A stretch of 64,000 bases of DNA, from NCBI GenBank assembly GCA_013265495.1, contig MU058217.1, positions 248,001 to 312,000 on the forward strand, written 5' to 3'. A model generated the notes under the pieces. It saw only the letters and a list, made by a program, of their open reading frames with translations. It made no database searches and was not told the DNA's origin. The translations under genes and the position numbers were made by a program. Below, in pieces: positions 25,193 to 38,277 of the stretch. The stretch is from Vicugna vicugna. Taxonomy: Eukaryota. Every line of letters begins with the position of its first letter. Position 1 is the first letter of the stretch.

Positions 25193-26254
25193 AGCATGGT
25201 TCAGTGAACCTTTATTGAATTTCTTCAGTGGGCAAGGCTTGTCTGCTGGGTGCTGTGGGCAGTGTAGACACCCAGTGTGGACACTTGGCCTTCTGCATCC
25301 CAGGAGCCAACAAGCTCACTGCCAGGCTGGGAGAAGCACGTGCCAGGCACCACTTAAACCTTCTCTGACAAGTGCTGTTGAGGTGGTGGTGGTGGTAGCG
25401 CCCCTCAGAAAACATCCTGGTCTGAGTCTTTATCAACAATCCCATCTTCTGGGAGAGGGCTGCCTGCTGAGCAGAAATCGGGGTAGTTTGTGTGCGCATC
25501 CCCCTTCCCCCTAGGGAGGCAGGGCCCAGCTCACTGGGACATCTGGGCGGGTGGGATGTCCCCTTACTCTCGACTCTCCTCGTCTGGTAGATTTTCCTCT
25601 TTGGCTTTTCCCCATGCACACCTGAACCTCTGAACTTTCCTGAAACTACGTGGGAACCACGGGTGTTCCCTTTCTTTAGAGGGAAACCGTAGCAGTATCT
25701 GCTGGCGCCCTATAGATAAATTTGTTAAACCAATAGGATCATTTTAGTTACTTGGGAGACATTCAAGTTTTTCCAGGTTGGTCTGGGGGTGTCCTTGCAG
25801 CTTCTAGGCGTCCTCTTCCTGGAGAGGCCACTGACCTGGGCTCTGCTTGGAATCTACGCCACGGCTCTTACTGCTCCCCCCACCTCCCCCGTCTCTCTTA
25901 CGGCTCGGCTAGCCGCGATGCGTTCCCGGGAGCTAGTAGCTATGTAGAATCTTCTGAGATGCCTTTTCCTCCTCCCTGGGGATGTGTATGCCCGACCCCC
26001 AGCAGGATCTCATCATTTCTTCCCCATGCCACCCGTCAGGATTTATTAACAAGTTTTGGTCTGAAATTGGAATTCTCCACCTCCCCAGCAGTTCTTAATT
26101 GATTTCAACAGCTATGCAACCCAAGTTGATTGACTTTTCGTGTCATGTTTAATTCCCTACCCTCAGTTTTAGCTGAAACTCGGCTACCATCCCCTCTAGT
26201 TAGAGCGCCCGGAACAAATTCAGGTTCCTTACAATGATTTGGGAACAGGGACTG

Positions 26255-26470
26255 AGCCAGGGATTGCAAATGCCCTGTCAAAGCAAAGGAGATATGATCT
26301 CTGCTCTTGGAGCCTCAGAGGGACACCCCGAACCCCACCCCCCGTGTGTGCATTCTCAGCTGATTAGCTAATGACAGGCCTGGGCTAATGTGATGCCAAA
26401 AACGTGAGTCACTCACTTTCAGGTGTGGACAACAGTGAGCATGCTCCGTTGCCATGGGAACGTGGACATG
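26255..26470. promoter_or_regulatory. Candidate enhancer: RFX X-box plus AP-1
   Basis: GTTGCCATGGGAAC at 26448-26461 (one mismatch from the palindromic X-box) and TGAGTCA at 26405-26411, in apparently unique sequence. Confidence 0.4.
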
Positions 26471-26849
26471 CATTCATCTCAAAGCGGAAAGAATTCACTT
26501 CCCCTCCTCAGGGATGTGGATGTTTCCCACACTGTTCTCTGGGCACGTCTGTTCTTCCTGAAGCTGCAATGTCCTCCTCAGCCCCTCACCCCCTGCTGCA
26601 TCCCCATCACCCCCCCATCCATTGTCACCCTCTCCTGGGTGGGTGTCCTGGCCCAGTGTATGCGGTTGACCCATCCCCACCCCCCTTGCCCCCTTGCCAC
26701 TTTGTAGGTGTGGCCAACATCCAGTCATGCCTCTGATGCCTAATTTGAAGTCCTGGTGACCTAATTGTAAAGTAGGAGGAGAAGACTGAATGTTTCTTGA
26801 GACGAGGCAGCGAGAAGAGAGCTGGCCTGAGCGAGACAGAACAGAGTGA

Positions 26850-27040
26850 GGCTTTAGAGTTGAACCAGTTTGGCTCAAGTCCTGACGCTGCCACTTATGA
26901 GCTCTGTGACCTTGGAAAAATATCTTCCTCCTCCTTTTTGTCCTCATAGGTAAAGTGGGGTAATCCCTACATTACCAGGCTGTGGGAAGGACGGAATTAA
27001 AGCATGGCGGCGCGCTTAACGTGTCACTCAGTACGGGATC
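26850..27040 (+). mobile_element. MIR
   Basis: GGCTCAAGTCCTGACGCTGCCACTTA...CTGTGACCTTGGA...CCTCATAGGTAAAGTGGGGTAAT. Confidence 0.7.
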
Positions 27041-27179
27041 ATTTTCTCATGCTGTGTCGCAGCAGCCCAGCGGGACTGAGGCGTTGACACTGAGCTAGGT
27101 GGCAGCCACGCCCAGGGATGTTGTTGAGAATCCAGAACTCTGGGCTGTGAGCCCAGTCTACCTTGGGCCGGTTGGGTGA

Positions 27180-27575
27180 TGTGTCACCCGGGGTTCTTTG
27201 GTTGCAAACTTCAGTAACCGACTCTGGCTGATGTAAGCAAAGTGGAATTTATTGCAAAGATGCTGGAAGCTCACAGAATGGGCAGGAATCTGGGGAAACC
27301 TCCTAAAAGCAGACAGAAACCAACGTGCGCAGCTGTGTGAGGCCAGGTGGTAGGACTAACAGGAGCGATCTGGCGGACCCAGTGTGGCCAGGTGTGCTTG
27401 GCGGTGATGGAGGAACTCCACCTGTCTCGTGAGGGATCAGCAGAGAGCATCTAGAGGCAGGCACACCTTTTCTCTGCGGAAAAGTAAGGAACCCCCGCCC
27501 GGGGACCCCTTCGTGTTTAAGAGATGCACAGAGAAAGTACCCACTGAGAGATGATTTCCTAAAAACAGAAATGGC
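27180..27575 (-). mobile_element. Old MaLR LTR (MLT1K/L-like)
   Basis: GGGTTCTTTGGTTGCAAAC...AACCGACTCTGGCTGATGTAAGCAAAGTGGAATTTATTG. Confidence 0.65.
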
Positions 27576-27865
27576 GTGGTGTAAAAATAAGCGGTGAAGG
27601 ACAGTGGGCACTTAAGTAGCAGTTGCTGCGATGGTTGTGGACAAATCTCACTTTGGGCTGCTTTTCTGAAAATGAGAGGCTTGAACTGGATGATCTCAAA
27701 GGACCCTTGGGTTTCTAACAGGGTTGTTCCAGTGATGAAAAAGACGGCTCTTCTGCGGGGAAGGGCCGGGAATTAGCGTTCAGTTCCTCATTTTCCCCCT
27801 GAAACCTCCTGCTCCACCATATATCTTGATAATGACCAATATTTTCTAGAATCCACTTAATTTTT

Positions 27866-27943
27866 TTATTTTTGTATGTATTTATTTATAACTTTTTTAT
27901 TGAGTAATAGTCATTTTACAATGTGTCAAATTCTAGTGTAGAG
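27866..27943 (-). mobile_element. Very short L1 3' insertion with TSD
   Basis: T-rich tail followed by TTGAGTAATAGTCATTTTACAATG. TSD TAGAATCCACTTAATTTTT at 27847-27865 and 27944-27962. Confidence 0.85.
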
Positions 27944-28099
27944 TAGAATCCACTTAATTTTTAATAGCAGTTGTCTACAAAAAAAGATTATAACCAATAT
28001 ATCTACTGGCCCTACTTTAAAAATCATCTATAATTTATATAATTTACCATACATTTATCATAATTTACCATAATAAATAAATAAAATTTACCATAGCTA

Positions 28100-29990
28100 T
28101 AATTTACTATAAAATAAAATTCACCCATTCCAAGTGTACAGATTGGTGACTTGACAAATAAATACACCTGTGTAACTTCCACGCTAATGAAAGTCCAGGA
28201 CATCTTTCCAGAAAGTTCTCTCTTGCTCATTTGCAGTCAGTTTCTCTCTTCTCCTCTCGCTCATCTCCTGAGGTCACCTCTGATTTTCTACCCTGTAGAC
28301 TAGCTTTGCCTGTTCTAGGATTTCATAGAAACAGATCGTGGGGTGTGTACTCCTGCATCTGGCTTCTCTCACGGGATAATGTCTGAGATTTATCCATGTC
28401 ACTGCATCAGTTGTTCATTCCTTCTTACCGAGGAATAGAATTCCATCAGTTGAGCATACTAGGATTTGCCTATCCATTTGTCAGTTGACGGACATTTGCA
28501 CCGTTTCTGGGGTTTGGCTGTTATGAGGAATTCTGCGAACATTTGTATGTAAGTCCTTCGGACATGTTTTCATTTCTGTGGCGTCAATACCTAGGAGTGG
28601 AATTGCTGGATGCTATGGGAAGAGTACGTTTAACTTCATAAGAAACGGCAAAACCACCTTCTCCCCCTCACTCATCACTCACAGTGACCTATGCGCTTTC
28701 CGTTGTCCTAGCTTCTTGCCAACATTTTCTTTTTTAGCCATTCTGGTGAGTATGAAGTGTTTTCTCATTGTGCTTTCAACTTGTATTTTCCTGAGGATTA
28801 ACGATATTGAACATTTTTCATGTGCTCATCACCATCTCCGGATTTCTCAAGTATTAACACTTGCCAAGTGTCAAAAATAACACATCACTTGGCATTAAAA
28901 AAAAAAATCCCTGCATGTTGCTCCAATTCAATTCCTTTTTCTCTTTCTCTCCCCGGAGGTAACCCTTCGTCTGCGGTTGACGCATATTTTCCATGAGCAC
29001 GTTTAAAATTTTTATTAGCACATATGCATCTAAAATAACATTTGCTAATGTCTCATGTGTTTTTAAACTTGCATGAGATGTATTTCCCTTTTGGGAACTG
29101 GGTTTTCTTCACACGTTGTTTTTGAAATTTATCCACGTCGATATATGTAGACCTAGTTCATGTTAACGGCCCTCTGGTTTTCTAGAACATGCATGTCTCA
29201 TCGTTTATCCCTGTGGGTGGACACTTTAGGTTATTGGGAACCATTGTACACCTCTCCTAGTGCACGTGTGTGAGTGTTCCTCTGGGACAGATACCTCGAA
29301 GGGGAATGAATATCTGGGTCTGCAGTTTCTTTCTTTGCAATCCTTAAATATTTTAAAATTCCTTTTTATTGCCTTTCTGTGTTATGGAATCTTCAACACT
29401 ATTGAAAAGAAGCAGTGGTGGAGAACAGCCTTGCCTTATTCCTGACTTTAAAGAGAAGCTTCCAGTGTTTTCCATTGAATGTGACATTTATTATAATTTT
29501 TAATAGATTTTATCAGACTAAGAAAATTCCATTCCTCGTTTGTGAGGAGTTTTAACTGTCTGGTACTTTTTCTGTGTCTGAGTTATTCTGTTTTTTCCTT
29601 ATAATCTTGTAATATGGTGAGTGTAACTAGTGAGTGTTCTAATGTTTTCATATCCTTTAATTCCCAGGATTGGCTAATGTGTATTTAGGATTTTTACACC
29701 TATGCCCTGTGAGGTTAGGAGACAGGCTTTTAATTCTTACATTGTTTATCTTCGACGGTTGGTACCTGAGTATTATAAAAGGAATTGATTGTTTTTCTTT
29801 CTCTTTCTGGGAGAGGCTAACTGTTGCCTTTTCCTTAAAGGTTTGAGAAAGCTTGTCAGTAAAACCACATAAACCCATTATCATTTTTTAAGGTAGATTT
29901 TAAGACCGCAGCATCTGATTTTGAAGGTTATAGATCTATTCAGGTTTTCTATTTCCTTCTGAGTCAGTTTGGAATTTTCAGTTTTTCTGA
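28100..29990 (-). mobile_element. Old L1 (L1MB/MC-like) fragments
   Basis: AAAATTCACCCATTCCAAGTGTACAG, ATACCTAGGAGTGGAATTGCTGG and CCTTGCCTTATTCCTGACTTTAAAGAGAAG. ORF 28578 is antisense L1-like. Confidence 0.8.
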
Positions 29991-32900
29991 AAAACGATCA
30001 GTGGCAGGAGACAGTAAATAACCAGGCTGTCCCAAAACTCGTGGGAAAAAAGCATCTTCAATCTGCGGACACCTAGGAGGTAGGTGGGAGGAGATCAAAG
30101 TTAGAGCATTGCAGCGTTTTGTATTATTCAGAGGAAGGAAGGAGCTATCGATTAACTTGGTGCTTGAAGTCAAGTGTACGTGTTAAAAAGGTCAGTGTCA
30201 CCACCTAAGTAAGTATCAACAGACTGTACAAATGCCAAGGTTGTGGGGTTGGAAGGAGACTAAAGAAAATACAATCAATCTCAAAAAATGCAAGACAAGG
30301 GGGAGCAGAAGAAGCAAAGAGAAAAGCCCGGCAAAGAGAAAGCGTGTCATCATGATGGCCTGCAGGCAGCACCTCCTCCTCCGAGGCCTTTCTGGACCCC
30401 TTGGCTTTTCCCCTTAGCACTGCACACCTCCATCACTTTGCACTGTGACTGCCCATCTGCCATCTTTCTCTCTTAAAGGAGGGGACCTCTTCTGGGCCAT
30501 TTATCTGCTGCTTCGCAGTGCCTGACACACAGCATGTGCCCACTAAGTGTTTGAATGAGTGGGGCAAACAAGTAAATAAGTAAGTGAACAGAGGGGCAAA
30601 TAAATCCAGAGACGCTACTCTGTCAGGCTCAGTGGCTATGGGGAGATGTTTTAATCAGCGCTCGCCTGGGTGGATCTGTGAGTTGGGAACCGAGACAGCA
30701 GCCGCAGCCTTGGATTTGACTGGGGAAAAGGTCAGGGTGAGATGCCTCAGCTGAAACCTATAAAGTCGTCAGCTGTCCGTGTGGCTTTTCTGCCCTTGAT
30801 GGGTCCGCGGTAGTTCCCCGAGAGGCAGTAAAATAACCTGCGCAGCAAAGAAGAGCTTCTCAAACATTAACCTGAGCACAGGTCACCTGGGGTGCTTGTT
30901 AGACGGCAGATGCTGATGCAGGAGGGGCGGTGGGGGGGCTGGATGCTGCGTCTCCAGTGCGCTCACTGTTGCTGGTGCGTGGTCCATGCTTTCTGGAGCA
31001 AGGGTTCATGCTGTCATCGCCACCGTGGCTTCCCCCAGGGCCTCGGGGACAACAGAGTGACTCTTATCCTTGGAGAACAGGCTCAAATGAAAACCATCCT
31101 GACTTCCAGGATTGTTACCAGTGACTGTGAAAGATCCCAGCACATGCTGGCCAGGGAAGGGTATCACTGCCCCAAACTGTGTTTCATGACCCGTGTGCTC
31201 GCCCCCAGCCCTGAACCCTGAATGTTCTCCAAGCTCCCTGCACCGTGACCACCCTCCTCCCCGTTTTCCTGTTTCTCAGGCTGAGCTACCTGGCTTGTTT
31301 GGACGCATTGCATCCTGGAACGCTCTCGTCTTTGTGATTCTCATGTCACTTGTCACTGTCCTCCGGCCCTGCCACACTTTATCTGTGCAGTCAGAATCCT
31401 GTTTCCTTGCTTCATTCCGGCGAGCCTTCGCCTTGCTGTCATTCGGGTCCCTAGGCGGGAGGACCTCCTCTTATGTCTCCGTTGTTGCTGCCTGCCCCCG
31501 GCGAGACACAGGCAGCTCACCCTGTACGCCCAGAATCGTAACATAGACTGGAGACTGTGACATCCTCACCCCGGCTTTCTTCATTTTTCTTAGTCCCTTA
31601 TTTTCAGAGAAATGACACAAAACCAGGGGGCAGTGCCCTAAATTGCACGTAAATCCATAATGCACCAACCCTGGGGCCAGACAGACCAGAGGTCCACCCC
31701 CGAACCTCTGTCCCTGGCTCTGCCCATCACGTCTCCGAAACAGTGCTGGCAAGTGGTCCACTCTGTTCTTTCTCCCACATTTATTATCAACTCCTGTGGG
31801 TCCTGGAGGCTTGTGGACAGAAGATCATTTGATCAGTAAGTGATGGGACCTGGGGTTTCTCTGGGTATGGTCTGGCTCCAGGGTTTTACAGAAAGCATCT
31901 TTTAAGCCAGAAGAACCTCTTACTCAGGAGGAAAATGGAAACTTGAATGCCTTGGGGGCCATCCCCATACCTTGGGCAGGGGCAGCCTCCCTGCGTGCTG
32001 CTCCAAGTGCGTTCATGGACCCTGACAAGCTTCGTCCTTCGGTTTTTCCCAGGATGGGCAGAGGTGATGCATCCCTGAGAGGAGGCTCAGGGGCACCACA
32101 CTGGCCTGCACAGCTACTGGGAAATGGACGATGGTTAAATCAGGGGCCACTGGCAGGGTCTGCGTGCTGGTTTGTGTCCTGGGGACCCAGCCTTTCCTAA
32201 TGATTAACTTTGGCCGAGTAAGCTGTGGGCTAGGTCTTGTCTGGTACTGTCCCCAAGAGGCAAGTGGTGGCCATGGAGATGTCAGAGCAGCCCTTTCGGC
32301 CACCTTTACAATCACCTGCGAGCTTACAAGGCCCCCGCCTCTGGGTGTCTCCCCAAGGCATCCCATTTCACGGGCTAGGGGACTCCTGGGCATCCAGGCA
32401 GCTTTAAAACTCCCAGATGATTTTCACGGGCAGCCAGGCTGAAAACCACTGCATCAGGAGATGGCAGAGAAGATGGAGACGTTTATCTCCATGCTGTCAG
32501 GGCAACTTCAGCACGGCCTTTTCAGTTTTTCAGGAGATGATCACCATCTTTATTTTTCAATGGGAAATTTCCCGGTTTTCATATGTAGGCCCCCGACATA
32601 CAGGCTAAGCCCACACCTCTCAGACGCCGATGAGGCTGGGCTCCGCCCGTCCCCCATTCCCTGCACCTGTGGGTGAGTACGCCCGTGTCCTGTTCTTGAT
32701 CTTGGCCTCAGACTCAGAGTCCAGCTCCATAAAAATGTTTGCTGAGCCCGGACACTGGGTGATTCCTGCTAGCCCTCAGCAACCCCATGGGGTATATGTT
32801 ATTTTGATCCTGTGTCTCAGATGTGGGAAGTCACTTCACCAACGGGGTGGTGAATCCCAGACTTGAACCTGGGTCTCTTTGCTTCATAATCGCAAGCTCT

Positions 32901-33081
32901 CGGCCATCCTGCTGCCTTTCTGTGCGTGGCGTCCTTTGGTGCCCTCTGCCTGCAGATACCCCCCAGGTGGGCTTCTGAGGGGAACCCTCTGACTCTGGCT
33001 CAGAGCCTGTGGTCGGGCCCCATCAGAGGGTCATGTGGTGTTGGGGAAGTAGGAATCTGGAATGCAGAGTCCCCTGTTTTA

Positions 33082-33241
33082 TTTTATTTAAAATTAAAAA
33101 TATATATATATATTCTCTGATCTGGTTTTTTTTTTTAAGTTGGTGTTTCTTTATTTTTAATGGACATACTGGGGATTGAACCCTGGACCTCAGCATGCTA
33201 AGCACGTGCTCTACTGTTGAGCTATATCCACCCCCTCCACT
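33082..33241 (-). mobile_element. tRNA-derived camelid SINE with 13-bp TSD
   Basis: Head at 33159-33235 with a compound AT-rich tail. TSD GTCCCCTGTTTTA at 33069-33081 and 33242-33254. Confidence 0.9.
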
Positions 33242-34406
33242 GTCCCCTGTTTTAGAGAAATGATACGTTTCCAGCTTCTGTAAGCTCTTCCCCCATCCTG
33301 TCCCCACCCCCACATCCCAGATTATGACTTGCCCCTCTCTCCCGGCCTCCTCTTGATTTTGGAAATGGGCCGGAAGGACAGCATCTTTGCTGGCATTTTG
33401 TCTCCCTGAGGTCAGGTCAGTAGCCAGGCCAGCTGAGTGGAGCCCATGGCAGCAGAAACGAGGAACGAGGGTGAACAGGGGGACAGGCTGGGAGCGGAAG
33501 CAGCAGCGGATCCACGTGGGTGCCAATGGCACATGACCCCAGGGCACAAGCCAGATGGGGCAGGTTCATATAGCGCAGAAGGTAATCATGTAGCGTCTTC
33601 CAGAAGACTGGGCAAGGATGGGTCTCCGTGGTCTCTGGGCAAGGCTTTCAGTACCACTGAATCACCAAAGGAGAAGGGTTTTCCCTTTGCAGTGTCCTCA
33701 GTGCTTCTGGTTCTGTTCAGGAGAGTTTCCGGCGGTGCTGGGTGAGGACCGGCCACGGCAGGTGGTGCTCCAGCCGGGACTCAGTAACTGCTTGGTTTTG
33801 CGGTCGCAGTTATTTTTGTGCTATTTCTGGCAAATGTTACTAGTTTTCCATTCAGAGAATACTATAAAATTTCGTGAGAAAGCCTTTTTTTTTAAGTGAA
33901 AAAGTAAGTCAACTAAAAATAGTAACTAAACAAGAGAAGAAGTGGTATGATGGGAGGCTGAAAATGATAATGTGGTTGGTAAAAGACACCTGGCTCCCAG
34001 GGGGAGCTGGGTATAGGGGTCCAGGGTATCCAGCTATAGGGTCAAACGGGACCCTATAAAACGGGACCTTGGGCACATCATTTCATGCCTCTGAACCATA
34101 GTTGATGCCACTGTAAAATGGGAATATTGTATTAAATGAACTCATGTATGTCACGTGCTGGGCCCAGTGCCCGATGCAGTGATAGTAAGTGGTGGTCATT
34201 ATTGTATGAAGTGTTCATCAAAATGAAATCTTTCACCTGGAGGCCACCAATGAGCACAGCCAACTATGAACTAACAAGCTTTTTGAGGGAGTGAGCTCTC
34301 CGTCAGCACAAATGTTTCATAGACTCATCGCCTGCCTAGGAGTTGGTGGCAGGAATCTGCCACTGAATGGGCCAGAAAGCAGGGGAGGTCCCTTCTAAGG
34401 AACATT

Positions 34407-34770
34407 CTGTAGCCTGTGTGCAGAAGGTTAACAGAGCTGGCCCAAGACCTCTCCCCTTACAAAACTTGCTTACAATGTTTGTCTTTGGCTGGCACCTGGG
34501 ACCTTGAACTTAGGGAAGGGTCCCACCGTTCCCTGAATGATAAGGGTGGCTCTTAGTGAAACTGTTCTTACACATGTTGTGGTTTCTGTGAACACTTGCT
34601 TTCCAGGGAGACTGGGGTTTTGCTATACGTCGTCGGGCAGAGGGTGCCTGCGGGACCAGCCCCCGACAGAGCCCCTGGGCTCTGAGTCTCTGCGAGCGGC
34701 CCTGGTAGATGAACTTCCCACCACTGTCAGAGCTCATTGCTGGGGGAGTTGAGTGCATCCTGTGTGTCAT
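34407..34770 (+). mobile_element. ERVL-class LTR (MER68/MER21-like), 3'-truncated
   Basis: TGTGCAGAAGGTTAACAG...GGCAGAGGGTGCCTGCGGGACCAGCCCCC...CTCATTGCTGGGGGAGTTGAGTGCATCCTGTGTG. Confidence 0.75.
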
Positions 34771-35589
34771 CTTGGGCACCACCTAAGGGTTCATCTTGGG
34801 TGTTGCCAGTGTTATAGAAACGCCTACACTTTGGGGAACCCAGTTTGTCTTAGAGCCAGGTCTGCAGACCACAACAGAAGTTCCACAGTTGGTTTCGATG
34901 GCGGTGTTTCCCTAGAGCTGTTTCCGCCCCGCGTTGTGGCAGCACTCCCACGTGGCCGGGGGGGGGTGGCTTCCTGCTGTGATCAGGGGGGTGAGGGCAC
35001 CTTCCCTGGTTGCCTGAGGCCTCTTGGGGTGGCTGCGGTGGACACCCACTTAGCTCCAGGTCCACCCAGACACCCTTGTGGGCTTGGCCAGCCTCTGTTC
35101 TCCACCCCAGAGGCAAGACCCCACCTTTGCCCAGCTGGTGAGCACCTGCACCGGCAGCTCCAGGTCTCTCCAGCTGGTGGGCTTGCCCTTTCCTCTGGTG
35201 CCAGGGCCCCCTTGACAACAGGTACAGGCCGGAAGCACCTACGTTGTAAGAAACAGTCCAGCTGGACATGGCTTCCTGCCCCACTGTCTTGTCTCCCTCT
35301 GTCCCTCCTGCTTCTAGTACACATGGGGCCTTCCACCCTACCCTACCCCAGCCCTCCTGGTCACTGGGGAAACTGGGGAACTGGGGTGCATGTGGGGGTG
35401 TATTCTAATTATCTGCATCTTGCTCTGAGGTCAGGGTGCATTTTACCCCCAAGCAGGCCCCTGACTCCAGCTCCTCCAAATGTCCCTGAGCAGGCCTCAT
35501 CCCGGGGGTGCCAGCCCTGCTTGGCTGTGCTTGGCACTCTGCTCCCTGTATGTCTTCTGCTCTAATGCCGTTTTACTTATGCTTCAGTT

Positions 35590-35703
35590 ATTTTTTTTTC
35601 TTTTTATATATATATTTTAATTTTAATGGAAGTACTGGGGATTGAACCCAGGACCTCCTGCATGCTAAGCATGTGCTCTGCCGCTGAGCTATCCCCCACC
35701 CCT
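35590..35703 (-). mobile_element. tRNA-derived camelid SINE
   Basis: ATGGAAGTACTGGGGATTGAACCCAGGACCTCCTGCATGCTAAGC...CTGAGCTATCCCC. Confidence 0.9.
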
Positions 35704-35859
35704 GCCCCAGTCACTTCTTTTCCAAGTGCCACTCGACCTGCCCAGCAGTTCCCCATGGTTCTGTGGCGGCCAGCCAGGCAGACCTAGTGAGGCCTTGGAG
35801 CTGTGAACAGCAGCATGTCTCATCCACAGTCACACAACAGTCCGACCTGGCCAGATTTG

Positions 35860-36330
35860 GAGGGAGGCAGCTGATAATGGTTCCCAATGCTGTGTCCACA
35901 TGCTAATCCCCAGAACCTGGGAATGGTGTCCAGTTTGGGAAAAGGGTCTTTGCAGATGTGATTAAGTTAAGGATTTTACAATGAGAGGATTATCCAGATG
36001 GTCCTAAATGCAACTGTCCTTTTAAGAGGGAGGCGGAGGGAGATTTTATTACACACAAAACAGGAGGAGGAGGATCAGGGAGGCAGTGGCTGGAGTGATG
36101 TGGCCATAAGCCAAGGGAGGCTGGCAGCCACCAGGAGCTGGAAGGGGCAAGAAATGGATTCACCCCTAGAGCCTCCAGAGGGAATATGGCCCTGCCAAAA
36201 CCTTGATTTCAGTTCATTGGTACAGATTTTGGACTCCTGGCTTCCAAAGTGGAGAGACAACATACTTCTGTTGTTTTATGCTACCAATTCTATGATAAGT
36301 TTTTACAGTGGCCATAGGAAAGTAATACAG
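35860..36330 (+). mobile_element. MaLR solo LTR (MLT1C/D-like)
   Basis: CTAATCCCCAGAACCTG...TTTGCAGATGTGATTAAGTTAAGG...CCCCTAGAGCCTCCAGAGGG...AAGTAATACA. Confidence 0.88.
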
Positions 36331-36464
36331 AGGGTATCTGGCAATGCAGGTATCTTTGGGAGAAGCCCTTACCACAAATGCAGGCTGATGAAAAGGGCTG
36401 ATTCTCTAAATACTCTCTACTTTATGATCTTTAAGCTTTGTTGCCGTGGCCTGTGCCAAGGGAC

Positions 36465-36990
36465 TATTAGGCATAACTCTATTGCATGTTACAAAAATGC
36501 CACTCATACTGGCTTCAGACAGGAAAATTTGTAGGTTGGTATAACTGAAACATTTCCAGGGGTCAGCTTCAGGCATGGTTTGATCAAGGGGTTCACACAG
36601 TGTCAGCAGTCTGATGTCTCTCTTTGCCCCCCACCCTGTCCCTTCTGTTTCTCACCAGTCACTTTTCTTCTCTGTGGCCTCCATTCTCAGGGAAGTTTTC
36701 CCTGTAGGGTGTCAAGGTGACCATCCGCAGCTTCAGGCTCACCTTCTATCATAATACTGCTTCCTCTCCCCAGTAATTCCAACCAAAGTCCAGGGATTGA
36801 GCCTCTGGGTCACCTGCTCATCCCAGAACTAGCCACTGTGGTCAAGGGGATAGACTCCTTGGAGAAGTGGAGGGCCACCTGTCCCCGCAAACTGTGATGA
36901 CTGAGAGGGAAAAGCACATCCTTAGAGGAAAACCAGGGGTGCTCTTACCAGAAGCACAGCTGTGGGACAGGCACACAGAGCTAAGAACTG
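36465..36990 (-). mobile_element. Old MaLR LTR (MLT1J/K-like)
   Basis: GCTTCAGGCATGGTTTGATCAAGGGG...GGGTCACCTGCTCATCCCAGAACTAGCCACTGTGG. Confidence 0.7.
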
Positions 36991-37851
36991 TTGCAAGTTG
37001 TGTCCTGCCTGGCGGTTCCTGAGGCTTGTGAGACACCAGTGAAGACCTTGGTGGTTTCCAGGCCCCAAATCTCCCACAATGTGCTTGGAGATGCCAGGCC
37101 ATGCCACTGAGGCTTTCCCTCTGCTGAAAGAATCCAAGTGTGAAAACCAGACTCAGCCTCACACATCACAGGAGATGGAGAAGCTGACCCTGGAGGTCGC
37201 AAAAAAGGCGGGGATCGGGTGAGAACTGAGAAGCTCTGGGTCCAGCAGCAGCAGCTGCTTGTATTAGAAAATCTCATTATCAAAGCATCTTTGAACTTCT
37301 GTTGGCGTTTCATGACTAATGTTCGATCTGGTGAAAGCTGCACTTGGGAAACGGAAAAGGGGAGTAGAGCTGAGCGCTTCCGCTACAATGGGGCTCTCTT
37401 TGGCCACGGTCTGTGGAGGAAGGTGACTCACTGTGGGGACCAAGCAACAGAGGACCTGCTGTGGCCACATGATAACAACACTCCTCCTGCCCCTTCTCTG
37501 TCTTGTGGAGGTGGGAGCCCTGGGCCTTGTGTCCTGGAGGAGGCATCTGGCCCTGGAGGGTGCCCAGTGGTTAAGCTGTGCAAGGTGATGGTCAGGAAGC
37601 TGTCTCCACGAGCAGCTCAGAGGAGAGGTGACGCGCTCAGAGTTCTGGAGCCAGGTATACAGGTTCAGGCTGCCTTCTGTCATGTCTTGTTTAAGGTGTA
37701 AACTTGGGTTTGTCACCCTGACAAAGTTTCAGGGCCACCTGGGTCTAGCCTCACCCAGTGCTGCCACTTACAAGTGTAAATGCCACTTCCACCCTGAGGC
37801 AGGCTGCCAACTGTTTGAACCTCAGTTTCCTCCCCCTGCGAAATGGGTATA

Positions 37852-38277
37852 CTGATCTTCCCCAACTTAAGTATTTCCATTGTGTGTTGAAAATGTTGCA
37901 AGCTGAAAATGCATTTGATACACCTAACCTACTGCACATCATATCTTACCCTTGTCTACCTTAAACATGCTCTAAACACTTACAGGAGCCAACAGTCAGG
38001 TAAAATCATCTAACAAAAAGCCTGCTGGATAATACAGTGTTGACGATCTCATGTAACTGATTGAATACTGTACTGAAAATGAAAAAGAGTGGTCCCCTGG
38101 GTCCAGAATGACTGGGGGTTTACCCTCCTGATTGTGGGGCTGACTGGGAGCAGTGGATCCCTTTGCTAGACCGAGATTCAAAATGCAAAGTACGGTTTCT
38201 ACAGCATATCGCTTTTGGACTGTCGTAATGCCGAGAAATCGTTAAGTCGGACCGTCGTAAGTCGGGGACCATCTGTA
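37852..38277. mobile_element. Tigger5/MER47-family DNA transposon relic inserted in a MIR
   Basis: GAAAATGCATTTGATACACCTAACCTAC...CGTAAGTCGGGGACCATCTG followed by TA. The flanking MIR halves are at ~37770-37850 and ~38280-38340. Confidence 0.8.

Noticed and set aside
34753..35565. 270 aa ORF
   Set aside because: Pro/Gly/Leu/Cys-rich, as expected from translating GC-rich non-coding DNA. It has a non-ATG start inside an LTR and no domain.
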